Shown: positions 48,079 through 59,189, counted from the first letter of the stretch. The stretch is DNA of 64,000 nt from Candidatus Parcubacteria bacterium (GCA_041158505.1 JBEBBG010000007.1:27879-91878); one strand, 5' to 3'. The notes: generated from the sequence alone by a model not told the origin. Made by a program: numbers and translations.

Positions 48079-49602
48079 CTACTGTACCGTTACTGCTTGC
48101 CCCTCTTTAAGACCGCGCGCGTCTCGAACAATCATATCGGTTGGCGTTAGACCATTGGTAATGATAATACCTTCACCAATAATTGAACCGATACTTACTG
48201 GTAACGCAACGAGCTTACCGTCGACTACCGTAAAGACAACGTTTCCATCAGTGGTAATTTTGAGAGCACTCAACGGAATCGTAATCACTCCATCAACTGC
48301 AGGTGTTGCGGTAACCGTGCGAGAAATTGAAAGTGCAACTGATTGTCCATTTGCAAACGGTGCATCTCCATCAACGCCGACAGCAACTTCTACTTTGCCT
48401 GTTTGTCGATTAACAGCAGGCGCGATTCGTGTCACCACTCCCTTGTACGTACCTTCAATAGAAACAGCAGCCCCAACAGCCACCGTCTTTCGATCTTGTT
48501 CATTAATAGAAGTAATGATTTCAAGCGCGCTATTATTTGCAACCATTGCGACCTCTTGCAATGGACTCACAAAATCACCTCGCTTGATATCAAGCTGATT
48601 CACTTCACCGGTAATAGGACTGCGAATGATTGTTTTTTCAAGCGACGCTTGTGCTGCAAGCACCCCAGCTTCTGCTTGAGTAACTTGCGCCTGGACAAGC
48701 TGCAGATCCTCGCCGCCGCCATTTGCTGCATCAATCTGACTACGAAGTGCATTGTATGAACTGACGAGACTGGTAAGTGATGCATTAACGCTTGAGCGCG
48801 CAATAGAAATATCAGAACGCCACTTATCAATGGTTCCCTGTGAAAGTCCGTTGTTTGGCTCAAAACCGTTTACCACCAGCGCCATGTTATCGAGGAACGT
48901 TCGTGTCTGCTCAAGGTTTCGTTGAGCAGTTAGCACGTACACAATGAGTGCATCGGTGCTCGAAACTGATTGAATAGACCCAAGCGACGCTGTCCACTCT
49001 GCAAACATGGTATTGAGCTCGGCACGCTGCTGCTGTGCGGTTTGCCGAATAAAGTAATCACTCGATGCAGTGGTAATTTCTGGGGTGCCGGTTTCAGCAT
49101 CTTTAATGAATTGATCGGCCTTATTGCGAACTGCGTCATCAGCAGTTGTAAATGAGCTGCGTACTGCCTCTTTAATCAACGTTCGTGAATCCTCTGAACC
49201 ATTCTGGAGCTTTGCGAGTTGTGCCTGAGCACCCTGGAGCACCCCTTGTGCACGAAGCACCTCTGCACGCTGCGCCGCATTCTCAACTTCAGCAATAATC
49301 TCTCCAGCTCGAACACTACTTCCCACCTCTTTGTTTACACGAGCAATTTCACCAGACGCTTCGGTGCGAATAATTGCTTCGGATTGTGATTCCACTTGCC
49401 CAATTGTTGGTAACGGCACAGTACCATGTGCGAGATCAAAAACACGTACAAGCTCAACTTGTTTTTGAGCAGGGGCAACAGGCTGCGCTGCTTCTTCCTG
49501 CCGAAGAAACGCCATGCGTCCAGCAATAATAACGATAAGCACTGCTGCGACATACAGAATACGTCGCCCCTCTTTTGAGTTCCAGAAACGTCGAATAGCC
49601 AT
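48079..49602 (-). CDS. RND periplasmic adaptor (MFP)
   Basis: TM anchor, lipoyl halves, long coiled coil, IRSPITG. Confidence 0.88.
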   Translation of the reverse strand: MAIRRFWNSKEGRRILYVAAVLIVIIAGRMAFLRQEEAAQPVAPAQKQVELVRVFDLAHGTVPLPTIGQVESQSEAIIRTEASGEIARVNKEVGSSVRAGEIIAEVENAAQRAEVLRAQGVLQGAQAQLAKLQNGSEDSRTLIKEAVRSSFTTADDAVRNKADQFIKDAETGTPEITTASSDYFIRQTAQQQRAELNTMFAEWTASLGSIQSVSSTDALIVYVLTAQRNLEQTRTFLDNMALVVNGFEPNNGLSQGTIDKWRSDISIARSSVNASLTSLVSSYNALRSQIDAANGGGEDLQLVQAQVTQAEAGVLAAQASLEKTIIRSPITGEVNQLDIKRGDFVSPLQEVAMVANNSALEIITSINEQDRKTVAVGAAVSIEGTYKGVVTRIAPAVNRQTGKVEVAVGVDGDAPFANGQSVALSISRTVTATPAVDGVITIPLSALKITTDGNVVFTVVDGKLVALPVSIGSIIGEGIIITNGLTPTDMIVRDARGLKEGQAVTVQ

Positions 49603-49755
49603 ATACTGCTCATTCTGACACGTAAGACCTGTTTGGTCTAGAGAAAGAAATGTCCGATCAAAAGTCCAAGTGCAAGCCCAATTGCCGCGCCATAGAGCCA
49701 CCCTTGTCGATGTGTGAGTTGTCGTACACCAAGTCTCATAGTAATACCTATTCTA

Positions 49756-51339
49756 CTATGGTTTTAGCATGCGTACCAACTTTTTTGCACGACGCTCCAT
49801 TGCGTCGACGTACTGCGTGATATCAGCCACAGCGTCGACCCCTGCGTCAGTCACAACATAGTGTCCATCAAACTGCATTGCTTCAACAAAGCGACGATCA
49901 TGCGACACTGCAATAATCGTTCCTGAAAATTGTCGAAGAGCCTCTTCAAGTGCCGCAGTCGCTTCGACATCGAGATGGTTTGTTGGTTCATCAAGAATGA
50001 GCGTATTAACCTGCATCGCCGCAAAGTATGCAAAGAGTAGACGCGCTCGGTTACCTGGACTGAGTGCCTTGATTGGCACCCCTGCCGCAACTTCTGAAAT
50101 ACCAAAATGCAGCAAGTGATTTTGAATAAGCTCACGATCCGCATCGATGTGTGCGCGCAAAAAGCCGATTGCGGTCTTGTCTTTTGGTAGCGACTCATGT
50201 TCTTGCATGAAATTACCAAACCGCACCCCAGAACCAATGTGCCGTTCACCAGATTTTGGCGGCACCATGCCAGTGATTGTTTTTAGAATAGTTGTTTTGC
50301 CAGACCCATTTGGACCAACGATACAAATACGGCGACCGTATCGTGCATCAAGAGAGAATGGTCCGACCGAAAATCCATGTTCGTACCCACAAATGATATC
50401 TTTGCAGACAATGTCTGTTGTTCCTGATTCAACCACAGCGTCAACTGCAAGTGAAAGTGTCCGTCGCTCTTGCGGTTTCGCAATGAAATCCATCCGCTTA
50501 ATACGACGATAGGTTATCTTTGCCTCATGAAATGATTTTCCTGCACGATTCTGCTTAAAGCCTTGCAACATTTTGTCATTATCGCTTGTCTTCCACGAAG
50601 ATCCGGCGCGGCCACGCTCCTGCTTATAGACTGCCAATTGCTTCAATCGTCCGAGTTCTTCTTGTTGTAACTCGTGCTCATGTGTTAAACGAGCATGCTC
50701 CTTTGCTCGCTCTGCCAAGTAATCTGAGTACCGCGCATTTGAAACATGTAGCTCATGCGTGTGCCAATCAATTTCAAATACCTTATTACTGACCGCATCA
50801 AGAAACGCTCGATCATGAGAAACAATAATGCACGCAATGTCGAGCGTTTGCAGGTAATCTTCAAGCCAAATGAGCGCAGGCAAGTCGAGGTTGTTTGTCG
50901 GCTCATCGAGGAGCAGCAAATCGGCATCTTGCAAAAGCATCTGCGCAAGAAACACTTTTGTTTTTTGTCCACTACTCAAGCTGCCAATTCGTTGCTCGAG
51001 CACTTGTTCAGGGAGCATAAAACCAGCAAGAAATACTGAGACCTTACGCCAGAATGCATCATCGGGAGCATCCGTAGCCGATGCCAATATATCTTTTACG
51101 AGAACATTACTCTGGGCGTGCGGGTCTTGTGGCACGTACGCAATCTTTGTGTCATCACGAGCCTGGAGCACGCCATTTGAGTACGATTCTTCTCCGGCCA
51201 AAATCCGTAGCAGCGTCGTCTTTCCCGAACCATTAAAACCCGTCAGCGCAACCTTATTGCCCCGTTCTAGGTTAAAAGAGATTTTATTGAGTACTACGTG
51301 ATCACCGAAGTACTTTGAAAGCTTGATAACTCGAAGCAT
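49756..51339 (-). CDS. ABC-F family ATPase
   Basis: Two ABC domains (LDEPTNNLD, LDEPTNHLD), no TM segments. Confidence 0.92.
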   Translation of the reverse strand: MLRVIKLSKYFGDHVVLNKISFNLERGNKVALTGFNGSGKTTLLRILAGEESYSNGVLQARDDTKIAYVPQDPHAQSNVLVKDILASATDAPDDAFWRKVSVFLAGFMLPEQVLEQRIGSLSSGQKTKVFLAQMLLQDADLLLLDEPTNNLDLPALIWLEDYLQTLDIACIIVSHDRAFLDAVSNKVFEIDWHTHELHVSNARYSDYLAERAKEHARLTHEHELQQEELGRLKQLAVYKQERGRAGSSWKTSDNDKMLQGFKQNRAGKSFHEAKITYRRIKRMDFIAKPQERRTLSLAVDAVVESGTTDIVCKDIICGYEHGFSVGPFSLDARYGRRICIVGPNGSGKTTILKTITGMVPPKSGERHIGSGVRFGNFMQEHESLPKDKTAIGFLRAHIDADRELIQNHLLHFGISEVAAGVPIKALSPGNRARLLFAYFAAMQVNTLILDEPTNHLDVEATAALEEALRQFSGTIIAVSHDRRFVEAMQFDGHYVVTDAGVDAVADITQYVDAMERRAKKLVRMLKP

Positions 51340-51373
51340 GTAGCTACCCTAGCACACCCTGTGGCTTTTTTCC

Positions 51374-52579
51374 TTATACTGTTGGCTGATCCTGTGCAGG
51401 GCCACCATTTGCAGCAGGTGTATCACCGTCATCTTCCCGATGACGAATCGCAAGGAGAAATAGCCCAACAAAGACAGCAGTAGCAACCCCAAGTGCAACC
51501 CAAACGAGCCACGGGTACCGCTCAGTCACACGACTTTCTTCCCCATCACAGACGTCACCTATACCATCGGTATCAGTATCTGCCTGATCTCGATTTGGTA
51601 CCTCGTGGCAATTGTCGGCAGCATTGACGTGACCATCTAAATCAAAATCATCACAGACATCACCGCGTCCATTTTCATCAATATCTTCCTGTTCTTCATT
51701 CGCATGTCGTGGACAGTTATCGTTTGCATCAGTTCGACCATCCATGTCAGAGTCCGCAGGTATGTAGAGAGGGTTCAGTTGACCCGCAGCGATAGAACCT
51801 TTTTGCACAGCCATTGCCGCACGCAAATCTCCTATCTCACCAAGCTGTTGATCCAAGATGACTTCAGGATTATAGAAGAGTGTGTAGTTACGCCCTGGAT
51901 ATGCCAAAAAACGAATCGGAACGTCCATGTACAAATCTGCTTCAGTTTGGAAAGCAAGTTCTGTAAGGCGGAGCGGCTGCTTGTATACAAGTGTCACCTC
52001 CCACACGCTTCCTTCTGTTTTTGGAAACACGATGCTATTTCCTGTCGGTGCAACTGGAGACAGTACGTACTTCATTCCCTCAGGAGTACCGACCTTAATA
52101 GAAACGAGTGTTGGCCGCACAACATACTGTGCAAGCGACATGCTCAGTTCATCACTAACGATTGGACGCTCAAACGTATACCGAAGGGTAACCCGGCTAT
52201 CGGCGCTTGCTGCATCAATTTCAAAATCAACGTGTGCGTCATGACGTTTATCAACGAGTGCCGACAGCTCAGCGTCCACCTGATCAATACGTTGTACTGA
52301 CACTGGCTCAACCGGAGAAGCGTTGCCCGTAATAAATGGAACAAACACTTCTTCTGTTTGATTGTACAGTCCGAGCGATTGACCTTGCTGCATGTAACCA
52401 GGCACCATAATGTCGACAGCTGTAGGTACAGAAATCTCTGGAATCGTTATGGTTGCTGCAGACGCAAAGCTTTGGAGCACTTCTTGCACACCCGCGTAAG
52501 TAGGTGTCGCAAGCAGCAGGCCACTCAAGACAGCTGCGTAAAACAATACAATCCTCTTATACATACGCGCCTTAGACAT
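51374..52579 (-). CDS. surface protein with thrombospondin type 3 repeats
   Basis: DxDxDG..D..DNCP repeats, signal peptide, C-terminal TM. Confidence 0.85.
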   Translation of the reverse strand: MSKARMYKRIVLFYAAVLSGLLLATPTYAGVQEVLQSFASAATITIPEISVPTAVDIMVPGYMQQGQSLGLYNQTEEVFVPFITGNASPVEPVSVQRIDQVDAELSALVDKRHDAHVDFEIDAASADSRVTLRYTFERPIVSDELSMSLAQYVVRPTLVSIKVGTPEGMKYVLSPVAPTGNSIVFPKTEGSVWEVTLVYKQPLRLTELAFQTEADLYMDVPIRFLAYPGRNYTLFYNPEVILDQQLGEIGDLRAAMAVQKGSIAAGQLNPLYIPADSDMDGRTDANDNCPRHANEEQEDIDENGRGDVCDDFDLDGHVNAADNCHEVPNRDQADTDTDGIGDVCDGEESRVTERYPWLVWVALGVATAVFVGLFLLAIRHREDDGDTPAANGGPAQDQPTV

Positions 52580-54296
52580 TGTGGTGATTATTACGTCGAA
52601 TAAAGGTTGTACTCACGAGTAGAATACCAATGACAAGGAAGGTAACAATTCTAAGCGCTAGCGGCATTTGCCACACATCAATAATCAAGAGACGAATGAT
52701 AACGAGCAGCAGAACAATAAATCCAAACGTTTTGAGTGCGCGCTGCTCGGTTGTTCTTCCTCGCAGGTAGGTAACAAGACCAATGATGGTGTAGAGCGCG
52801 AGTGAAATCATCGTTGCCACATCGTCAGTAAAGAGTGCGTGTGTTGCCAACCAAACATACGCAAATCCGTAAAAGGCCGCCGCCGAAAGATTCCAGATGT
52901 ACGCAGTTCGGACAGCTGAGGCAGTTGTACCAGGAACGTATCGAGCTGCAAGAAATCCACCAACAGCTAACAGCATAATCGTTGTAAGCAAGACAACAGC
53001 GCCATCTTGATGTGCAACCCCGTTATACCAGCTTGATGCAAACAAGCTACCAAATGCTGCCAGCACAGGCACCACCATCACCACTGAAAGCCGTGCGGTA
53101 TGCGGAAGACTTTTTGTTACAACGAACGTAAGCATCGTAACGATAGCCGCCTCAAGGATGAAGGCGATTGTAAGTACCGGCCCGCTCAACTCAATTGCGG
53201 TGGCAACACCAAGGAAGAGGATTGCAATGAGGCCATACATGTAGAAGAAGGTTTGTCGCTTAGCTGCGGCAGATACATACAAGCTACCTGCGGCAAAAAT
53301 AATCATCCAACCTGCAAGAAGTAAGCTCTGCAGTTCCGCAACAACAAGCCCAAGCGTCACGCTTAAAATAAGGAGTGCGTTACCAACCGCAATGGTGCCT
53401 GCCCCTGAGCCTCGCTCCTGCTGACTACGAACAACCGTAAATACGTTTGTTGTAAAGAATACAAGTGAGAGTAGTGATGTAATGACGACCACGGCAGTTC
53501 GGTCACTATCAGCAACCATATCACCAAACATGAACGGTAGTGCATACAAGAAGACGCCGAGCAGTGTAGCAACTGCGACGCTGCCCCATCCACGAAGCAC
53601 TGAGAGCCACACGAATCCAAGGGTGACTACACCAAGGTAACTAAAGAGTCCGACAGCAGAAGGTTCTGGCGTGTGCGTAAAGAGCGGCGCACAAAGTGCA
53701 ATCAATGCACCAAATACAGCCAGGCGTTCAAGATTCCATTTGTACGCAAGCACCGCAACGTACGCTGCAACAAGCACGCTAATACCGAGCACACTAATCG
53801 GATCAAGGAAGTTGTACACTGTTCGCGCAGCGTATGCAGTAATGAGCACAATTGCAGATCCAAGCACCACGAGCACTTGCGCCTCGCCCTTGCGAACCGC
53901 CATTCGCCATGCACCAAAGGCACAGAGCGCAGCACCAAAAACAAACCCGAGCAAAATGCGTCCAACTGGACCAATCCAATTATGGACAAACGCATAGCTT
54001 ACGAACCACCCAAAGGCGATCAAGATAAACAGTACACCGAGTTTTGAAAGCCAGTTCTCTTTGATCCATGCGCCAAGTGCATTTTCGGAATCGACGTCTG
54101 CTTGTGGCGCAGCAGGAGCCATTGGCATACCAGGTGGCGTACCGACGGCTTGCGGCATTGTTGGAAGCACAATAGGAGCCGATGTTGGAATAACGGCTTG
54201 CCCACTTCCACGTTCGAGACGCTTGATTCGATCGCTCAGCGTGCCAACTTTTATAAAGAGGACAACGAAGAGTATTACCCAGAGAAGATGAAACAT
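52572..54296 (-). CDS. DUF2339 membrane protein
   Basis: WLSKLG...FVSYAF...WIGP.GR, many TM helices. Confidence 0.8.
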   Translation of the reverse strand: MFHLLWVILFVVLFIKVGTLSDRIKRLERGSGQAVIPTSAPIVLPTMPQAVGTPPGMPMAPAAPQADVDSENALGAWIKENWLSKLGVLFILIAFGWFVSYAFVHNWIGPVGRILLGFVFGAALCAFGAWRMAVRKGEAQVLVVLGSAIVLITAYAARTVYNFLDPISVLGISVLVAAYVAVLAYKWNLERLAVFGALIALCAPLFTHTPEPSAVGLFSYLGVVTLGFVWLSVLRGWGSVAVATLLGVFLYALPFMFGDMVADSDRTAVVVITSLLSLVFFTTNVFTVVRSQQERGSGAGTIAVGNALLILSVTLGLVVAELQSLLLAGWMIIFAAGSLYVSAAAKRQTFFYMYGLIAILFLGVATAIELSGPVLTIAFILEAAIVTMLTFVVTKSLPHTARLSVVMVVPVLAAFGSLFASSWYNGVAHQDGAVVLLTTIMLLAVGGFLAARYVPGTTASAVRTAYIWNLSAAAFYGFAYVWLATHALFTDDVATMISLALYTIIGLVTYLRGRTTEQRALKTFGFIVLLLVIIRLLIIDVWQMPLALRIVTFLVIGILLVSTTFIRRNNHHNV

Positions 54297-54297
54297 A

Positions 54298-54678
54298 TTA
54301 TTGTGTTAGCTGATCATCACCAAAATTGTACGGCGCATTATTAGGATCAAACGGCTGACCGCAGGAAGTCATTGTTCGCTGTTCCTTGTCTGCGACGGTC
54401 ACCCGTTCGCCGGCAAAGAGGTAGCTGTACCGGTCATCGTCATACTGTGTTCGAGGAACATCCTCCTTACTGACAGTACGCGCAAGAACACCATCAACCA
54501 CAACTCGCATCGTGGTATCGCTCATAAATTCGGCCACAAAGTACGTACCATCCTCACAGATAAAAGATACCGCATTCGTTACCACAGCATTTGTCTGCTG
54601 CCCTGTTGGTTTTGCTAAAAATAGAAATAAACCGGCAACGACGATGAACAGTGCAGCAACGATGGGTTTCCACTTCAT
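54298..54678 (-). CDS. MliC-like exported protein
   Basis: TM anchor, F.C.DG..F pattern, second Cys near the C-terminus. Confidence 0.55.
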   Translation of the reverse strand: MKWKPIVAALFIVVAGLFLFLAKPTGQQTNAVVTNAVSFICEDGTYFVAEFMSDTTMRVVVDGVLARTVSKEDVPRTQYDDDRYSYLFAGERVTVADKEQRTMTSCGQPFDPNNAPYNFGDDQLTQ

Positions 54679-54763
54679 GGGTAACAGTTAGTACTAATAC
54701 ACTAATGAAAGCACACGCTCGCGCGTGTGCAACCATGCTATCCAGTTTCTAGAGAAACAAGAA

Positions 54764-54907
54764 TTACTTTTTATCTGCTGCAAGTGCTTTCTTTCGAGCA
54801 GCCGGCTTCATTGCCTTAAGCTCGAGCATGCGCTTTTTTGCAGCCATTCGCTTTGGACTCTTCTTTTTTGGTGTGGTTTTCTTCAAACCAGTTGGTCGTT
54901 TTGCCAT
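54764..54907 (-). CDS. 47-aa very basic peptide (absent from the ORF track)
   Basis: MAKRPTGLKKTTPKKKSPKRMAAKKRMLELKAMKPAARKKALAADKK*. Confidence 0.65.
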   Translation of the reverse strand: MAKRPTGLKKTTPKKKSPKRMAAKKRMLELKAMKPAARKKALAADKK

Positions 54908-54948
54908 AACAGAAAGACTATACCTTACTTTATAAACTTAGTACAGCA

Positions 54949-55119
54949 CTATGAACGCATGTGTTCAGCTTGCTCGCGCGCACAATCAACACCTTCACAC
55001 GGTCGGTCATGATCCCAACGCACACCCTTTGTATCGTTATACCAAGCAAGCGTCACAACAAGTAGCGCGAAAAATACAAGCACGAGCCACAGCACGGGTA
55101 CTTTTTTAATGTTTTTCAT
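54949..55119 (-). CDS. small single-TM protein
   Basis: MKNIKKVPVLWLVLVFFALLVVTLAW... Confidence 0.5.
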   Translation of the reverse strand: MKNIKKVPVLWLVLVFFALLVVTLAWYNDTKGVRWDHDRPCEGVDCAREQAEHMRS

Positions 55120-55166
55120 ATGGATACAGTATAACGCGCAGATAGTTGTTGCACACAATACAGTCC

Positions 55167-55202
55167 ACAAAAAGAAAATGCCGCGGACCGGAGGTCCGCG
55201 GC
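55167..55202 (-). terminator. intrinsic terminator
   Basis: Minus strand gccgcggacc tcc ggtccgcggc + ATTTTCTTTTT. Confidence 0.75.
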
Positions 55203-55240
55203 GATGAGACAGCGAGCAGTCGATGACCACCTCAACTGTC

Positions 55241-56263
55241 TCAGCGGTCGAACTGCGCGTCGAAGACGATATTCGACGGCGGAAAGTCCAGCTTCCGCAC
55301 GAATGCCGCCGATTCGGTGGCACCGAACTCACGATCCATCCCACCGTCTTCCCACTCGACCGACAGCGGCCCTTTGTAGCCGATGTCGTTCAGCGCACGG
55401 ATGATGCGCTCAAAGTCGATCCGGCCGCGCCCAACGGACTTGAAGTCCCAGAAGCGCTTGCGGTTGTGGAAGTCGACGTGACCACCGAACACTCCGGCAT
55501 CAGTCGGCACATTGGACCACCAGACGTCCTTCATGTGGACGTGGTTGATGCGGTCGGCGAAGCGGTAGATGAATTCGACGTAGTCGACACCCTGGTAGGC
55601 GAAATGGCTCGGATCATAGTTGAACCCGAACGCCGGATGGTAGTCAATCGCAGCAAGCGCGCGCTCGGCCGAGGCGATGTCGAAGGCGATTTCGGTCGGA
55701 TGGACCTCCAGGGCGAATTTCACACCGTTCTCCTTGAAGACGTCCATGATCGGACCGAAACGGCGAGCAAAATCCTTGAAGCCTACATCGATCTGCCCCG
55801 GAAGCACCGGCGGAAACGAGTAGACGAGGTGCCAGATCGAGGATCCAGTGAAACCGTTCACCACGCTGACGCCGAATTTCTTGGCGGCCACGGCAGTGCA
55901 CTTAAGCTCCTCAGCGGCGCGCTGGCGCACACCTTCGGGATCGCCGTCGCCCCAGATGTGGTCCGGGAGAATTTGCTGGTGGCGATCATCGATGTTGTCG
56001 CAGACGGCCTGTCCGACGAGGTGCGTGGAGATGGCGTAGCATTTCATACCACGCTCATCGAGATAGGTACGTTTTGCGGCACAATACTTCGGATCGGATT
56101 GGGCTTTGGCGACATTGAAGTGATCACCCCAGCAGCAGAGCTCGACACCCTCATAGCCCATCGCTTTTGCCGTGGGCACGATGGTTTCAAACGGGAGATC
56201 GGCCCACTGGCCGGTGAAAAGAGTGACAGGGCGCCCCGTGGACGTGGAGGTGGAATTGTTCAT
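55241..56263 (-). CDS. sugar phosphate isomerase/epimerase (xylose isomerase-like TIM barrel), high GC
   Basis: [34 protein letters not shown]. Confidence 0.9.
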   Translation of the reverse strand: MNNSTSTSTGRPVTLFTGQWADLPFETIVPTAKAMGYEGVELCCWGDHFNVAKAQSDPKYCAAKRTYLDERGMKCYAISTHLVGQAVCDNIDDRHQQILPDHIWGDGDPEGVRQRAAEELKCTAVAAKKFGVSVVNGFTGSSIWHLVYSFPPVLPGQIDVGFKDFARRFGPIMDVFKENGVKFALEVHPTEIAFDIASAERALAAIDYHPAFGFNYDPSHFAYQGVDYVEFIYRFADRINHVHMKDVWWSNVPTDAGVFGGHVDFHNRKRFWDFKSVGRGRIDFERIIRALNDIGYKGPLSVEWEDGGMDREFGATESAAFVRKLDFPPSNIVFDAQFDR

Positions 56264-56540
56264 AGAGTCGGAGATATGGATTGATGGTGAGAACGAATAC
56301 GAAGCGCGACACAACCATGTGTTAGCTCGTAAGAACGTTTGGCAAAATACTACACATATTTTAAGGTTTGTCGAGTCTCCCCGTGAACCACACTCCTCTC
56401 TATAGATAGACAGACTGCGGCCATATTGACTCCCCCGTCAAACCAACGTAGAGTTCCTCCGGAATGCACGGGACCGTGCAGCACAAGAAAAACTCAATAC
56501 TGGTGGGCAGCCAGGGTAAAAAACGCCGCTTCGTTGTTGT

Positions 56541-57752
56541 ATGAAAACTCTACGAAAAATTCGAATTGGCATGGTCGGTGGCGGCCCTGGCGCCTTCATC
56601 GGCGCAGTCCATCTGCGTGCCATGGCACTCACAGGCAGTTTCGAACTTGTCTGCGGTGCATTCAGCTCGGACCCCGAGAAATCGAAAGCACGGGGCGCAG
56701 AGCTTCGTCTCCCAACGGAACGTGTCTACGATTCCTGGAAGGAAATGCTCGACATGGAGGCGAAACTTCCCAAAGGAGAACGGATGGATGCGGTTGTCAT
56801 TGTGACACCCAACCATCTTCACTTCGACGTTGCCCTCGCGGCAATCAAACGAGCCTTTCACGTCATCTGCGACAAACCTGCAACACATCGGCTCGAGGAT
56901 GTTCTGGCGCTGGAACAGCGATGGCAGCAGGTCTGCGCCGAACGCTTTGACAGGGGCAGAGAAGAACCAATTTTCTGCATCACGCACAACTACACCGGCT
57001 ACCCGATGGTGCGGCAGGCACGCTCCATCATTGCCAGTGGCGAACTCGGAAAAGTTCGCGCCATCAGAGCTCGCTATCTGCAAGGATGGCTTGCCACTTC
57101 CCTCGAGCACACCGGTCAAAAGCAGGCGGACTGGCGTACTGACCCTGAACGCTCAGGTGCGGCCGGCGCAATCGGAGACATTGGCGTCCACGCCTACAAC
57201 CTGATGCGCTTCATCTGCCCCAAACTGGAGGTGAATGAACTTTGCGCTGATCTCCGTACCGCAGTCAGGGACCGGAGACTCGATGACAACGCTTCGATTT
57301 GGTTGGACTTGGGCGTGGAAGACCAGGTCCATGCTTCAATCGAAGTCTCCCAGGTTGCCGTCGGTCACGAAAACGATCTCGAGATTGAAATCGACTGTGA
57401 ACGAGGCGGGCTCTCCTGGAGACAGGAAGAGCCCAATAGCCTCTACGTTCATCGGCTCGATGGCCCAAGTCGTATCGAACGCGCGAGCGCTGGCTACCTG
57501 CACGAATCTGCTCTGAAGAGCTGCATGCTGCCTCCTGGACATACTGAAGGATTCCTGGAGTCATTTGCGAACATCTACGTCGCCTTTTCGCAGCAGTTCC
57601 ACGGCAACACTGACAATGGAGGTTTGGCCTCACTGATGCCTTCCATGGCGGAGGCGGTCGAGGGCATGCGGTTCATTGCAGCGTGTGTTCAAAGCTCTGA
57701 CAGTGGCCTTAGCTGGGTTAACCCAAGCACACTGGTGTCTGACACTGAGTGA
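56541..57752 (+). CDS. Gfo/Idh/MocA oxidoreductase
   Basis: GMVGGGPGAFIG, TPNHLH, CDKP, GDIGVH. Confidence 0.92.
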   Translation: MKTLRKIRIGMVGGGPGAFIGAVHLRAMALTGSFELVCGAFSSDPEKSKARGAELRLPTERVYDSWKEMLDMEAKLPKGERMDAVVIVTPNHLHFDVALAAIKRAFHVICDKPATHRLEDVLALEQRWQQVCAERFDRGREEPIFCITHNYTGYPMVRQARSIIASGELGKVRAIRARYLQGWLATSLEHTGQKQADWRTDPERSGAAGAIGDIGVHAYNLMRFICPKLEVNELCADLRTAVRDRRLDDNASIWLDLGVEDQVHASIEVSQVAVGHENDLEIEIDCERGGLSWRQEEPNSLYVHRLDGPSRIERASAGYLHESALKSCMLPPGHTEGFLESFANIYVAFSQQFHGNTDNGGLASLMPSMAEAVEGMRFIAACVQSSDSGLSWVNPSTLVSDTE

Positions 57753-57774
57753 GAAGCAACACCTTCCCCATCCA

Positions 57775-57818
57775 CACCCACCCCCGGCTCGTCCGCGGGT
57801 GGTGTTTTTCTTTTCTAC
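57775..57818 (+). repeat. terminator-like element, second copy at 59082-59119
   Basis: ccccggctcgtccgc(g/a)ggtggtgtttttctttt at both sites. Confidence 0.7.
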
Positions 57819-57885
57819 GCTACCTGCTGCAGAACTTTTTTCAGCCTGTCTGTCTGTTTACCGCATGCTACAATAGTGACACTTT

Positions 57886-58584
57886 ATGAAAAGTGGCGAA
57901 CACTTCTATGGAGAAACTGGTAACGCAGCAGAGCGAGCACACTTTGGATCAACAGACCCCGTTGCTACTCGTTCATCTATTGAACGTCTGCTTACAGACA
58001 CCAAACAGTCACTCGAGCGCGCAGGCCGTGCAGCTGACTATCGCGCCAATGTGATTCCCAACCTACTCGATGGTATACAGCCGTACACTGATTTCCCTAA
58101 AAGTCTTGCCATCGCACGGAGATTACAGCAGCCAGGAAGCAATCCAGAGCAACCTAGTGCTGCCTACGCGCAAGCACTTCGTTCTCGAGTAGAACAGATT
58201 GTTCGTGCCATGAATCCACACGTCACGCGTGTCGCATTTTATACTGCATGCTCACCTGTCGAAATTAATGGCGTTCACATTCGTCTCAATGCTGACCAGT
58301 ACCACAGTACTGATGCGTTTCTTGATATTTTTGACAATGACCCAAAGCGCCCAAATCTCGACTTTCCTGAGCGACGCGCCACGATCACCATCGACGGCAC
58401 CATCAATCCGCATAAGGCAGACGACCAGAATTCAAAAGCAAACATTGTAACGCTCTTTCCTCAAAATCTAGATCCGCAAATTGACATTCGCTCTTTTCAA
58501 GAGTTTGTACATGGAGAAGCAACGAAAGTTGCAGAGCACTACGAAAGTATTACTGGAAAACGAAAACGTAGTGGAACTGCCTAA
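57886..58584 (+). CDS. hypothetical protein
   Basis: 232-aa ORF. Confidence 0.65.
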   Translation: MKSGEHFYGETGNAAERAHFGSTDPVATRSSIERLLTDTKQSLERAGRAADYRANVIPNLLDGIQPYTDFPKSLAIARRLQQPGSNPEQPSAAYAQALRSRVEQIVRAMNPHVTRVAFYTACSPVEINGVHIRLNADQYHSTDAFLDIFDNDPKRPNLDFPERRATITIDGTINPHKADDQNSKANIVTLFPQNLDPQIDIRSFQEFVHGEATKVAEHYESITGKRKRSGTA

Positions 58585-58613
58585 TCTTGACACATTGTTA
58601 TAAAAGAAGCATT

Positions 58614-59081
58614 ATGCAAGACAAATACATGAACTCTTCAGATCCCCACATCCCACCCAACGAAGCGTCTGTTGTTGCCCGAGCCTTCGGCACAACTGCG
58701 ATACTACCGCGTTTACCACGCGCATGGTTTAACAGTGCGCGGACTAAACATCCCGAACATGCAGTGCTCTACTGTACGCGCTGTGGTCAGATGTCTCGGG
58801 TACATCCAGACAAGGTCACCTCGTTACTTCAGCTCGTCATGGTTCCACCTGACATGCCTGACGAACAGGTGCCCACTGGGCACGATGTCCTCTTGCCGAG
58901 ATTTGATCCGGCAACGCAATACATTTGTGCAGCAAACACCTGCCCCACATGCATGGCAGGCGCTGACGAGCTCGCGCTGATACACCTCACCATCGACACG
59001 CCGGATGACACGATTCCCGAAGAAGATTCGGAAGACGAGGCCAGTGGTACTGCAGCTGAGGACAGCACAATCGTTGCGTAG
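58614..59081 (+). CDS. hypothetical protein with two CxxC motifs
   Basis: CTRC...CPTC, acidic tail; TTGACA upstream and terminator downstream. Confidence 0.6.
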   Translation: MQDKYMNSSDPHIPPNEASVVARAFGTTAILPRLPRAWFNSARTKHPEHAVLYCTRCGQMSRVHPDKVTSLLQLVMVPPDMPDEQVPTGHDVLLPRFDPATQYICAANTCPTCMAGADELALIHLTIDTPDDTIPEEDSEDEASGTAAEDSTIVA

Positions 59082-59189
59082 CACCGCCCCGGCTCGTCCG
59101 CAGGTGGTGTTTTTCTTTTAATATCGAAACTATCAACAACAAGCACTTTTTTGCGTGTAGGAGTCGTACACGAAATGTTGCTCGATACT

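Noticed and set aside
55223-56284. 353-aa plus-strand ORF and similar long antisense ORFs (e.g. 17594..18397, 60691..61425)
   Set aside because: Shadow ORFs opposite high-GC3 genes that have clear motifs or signal peptides on the other strand.
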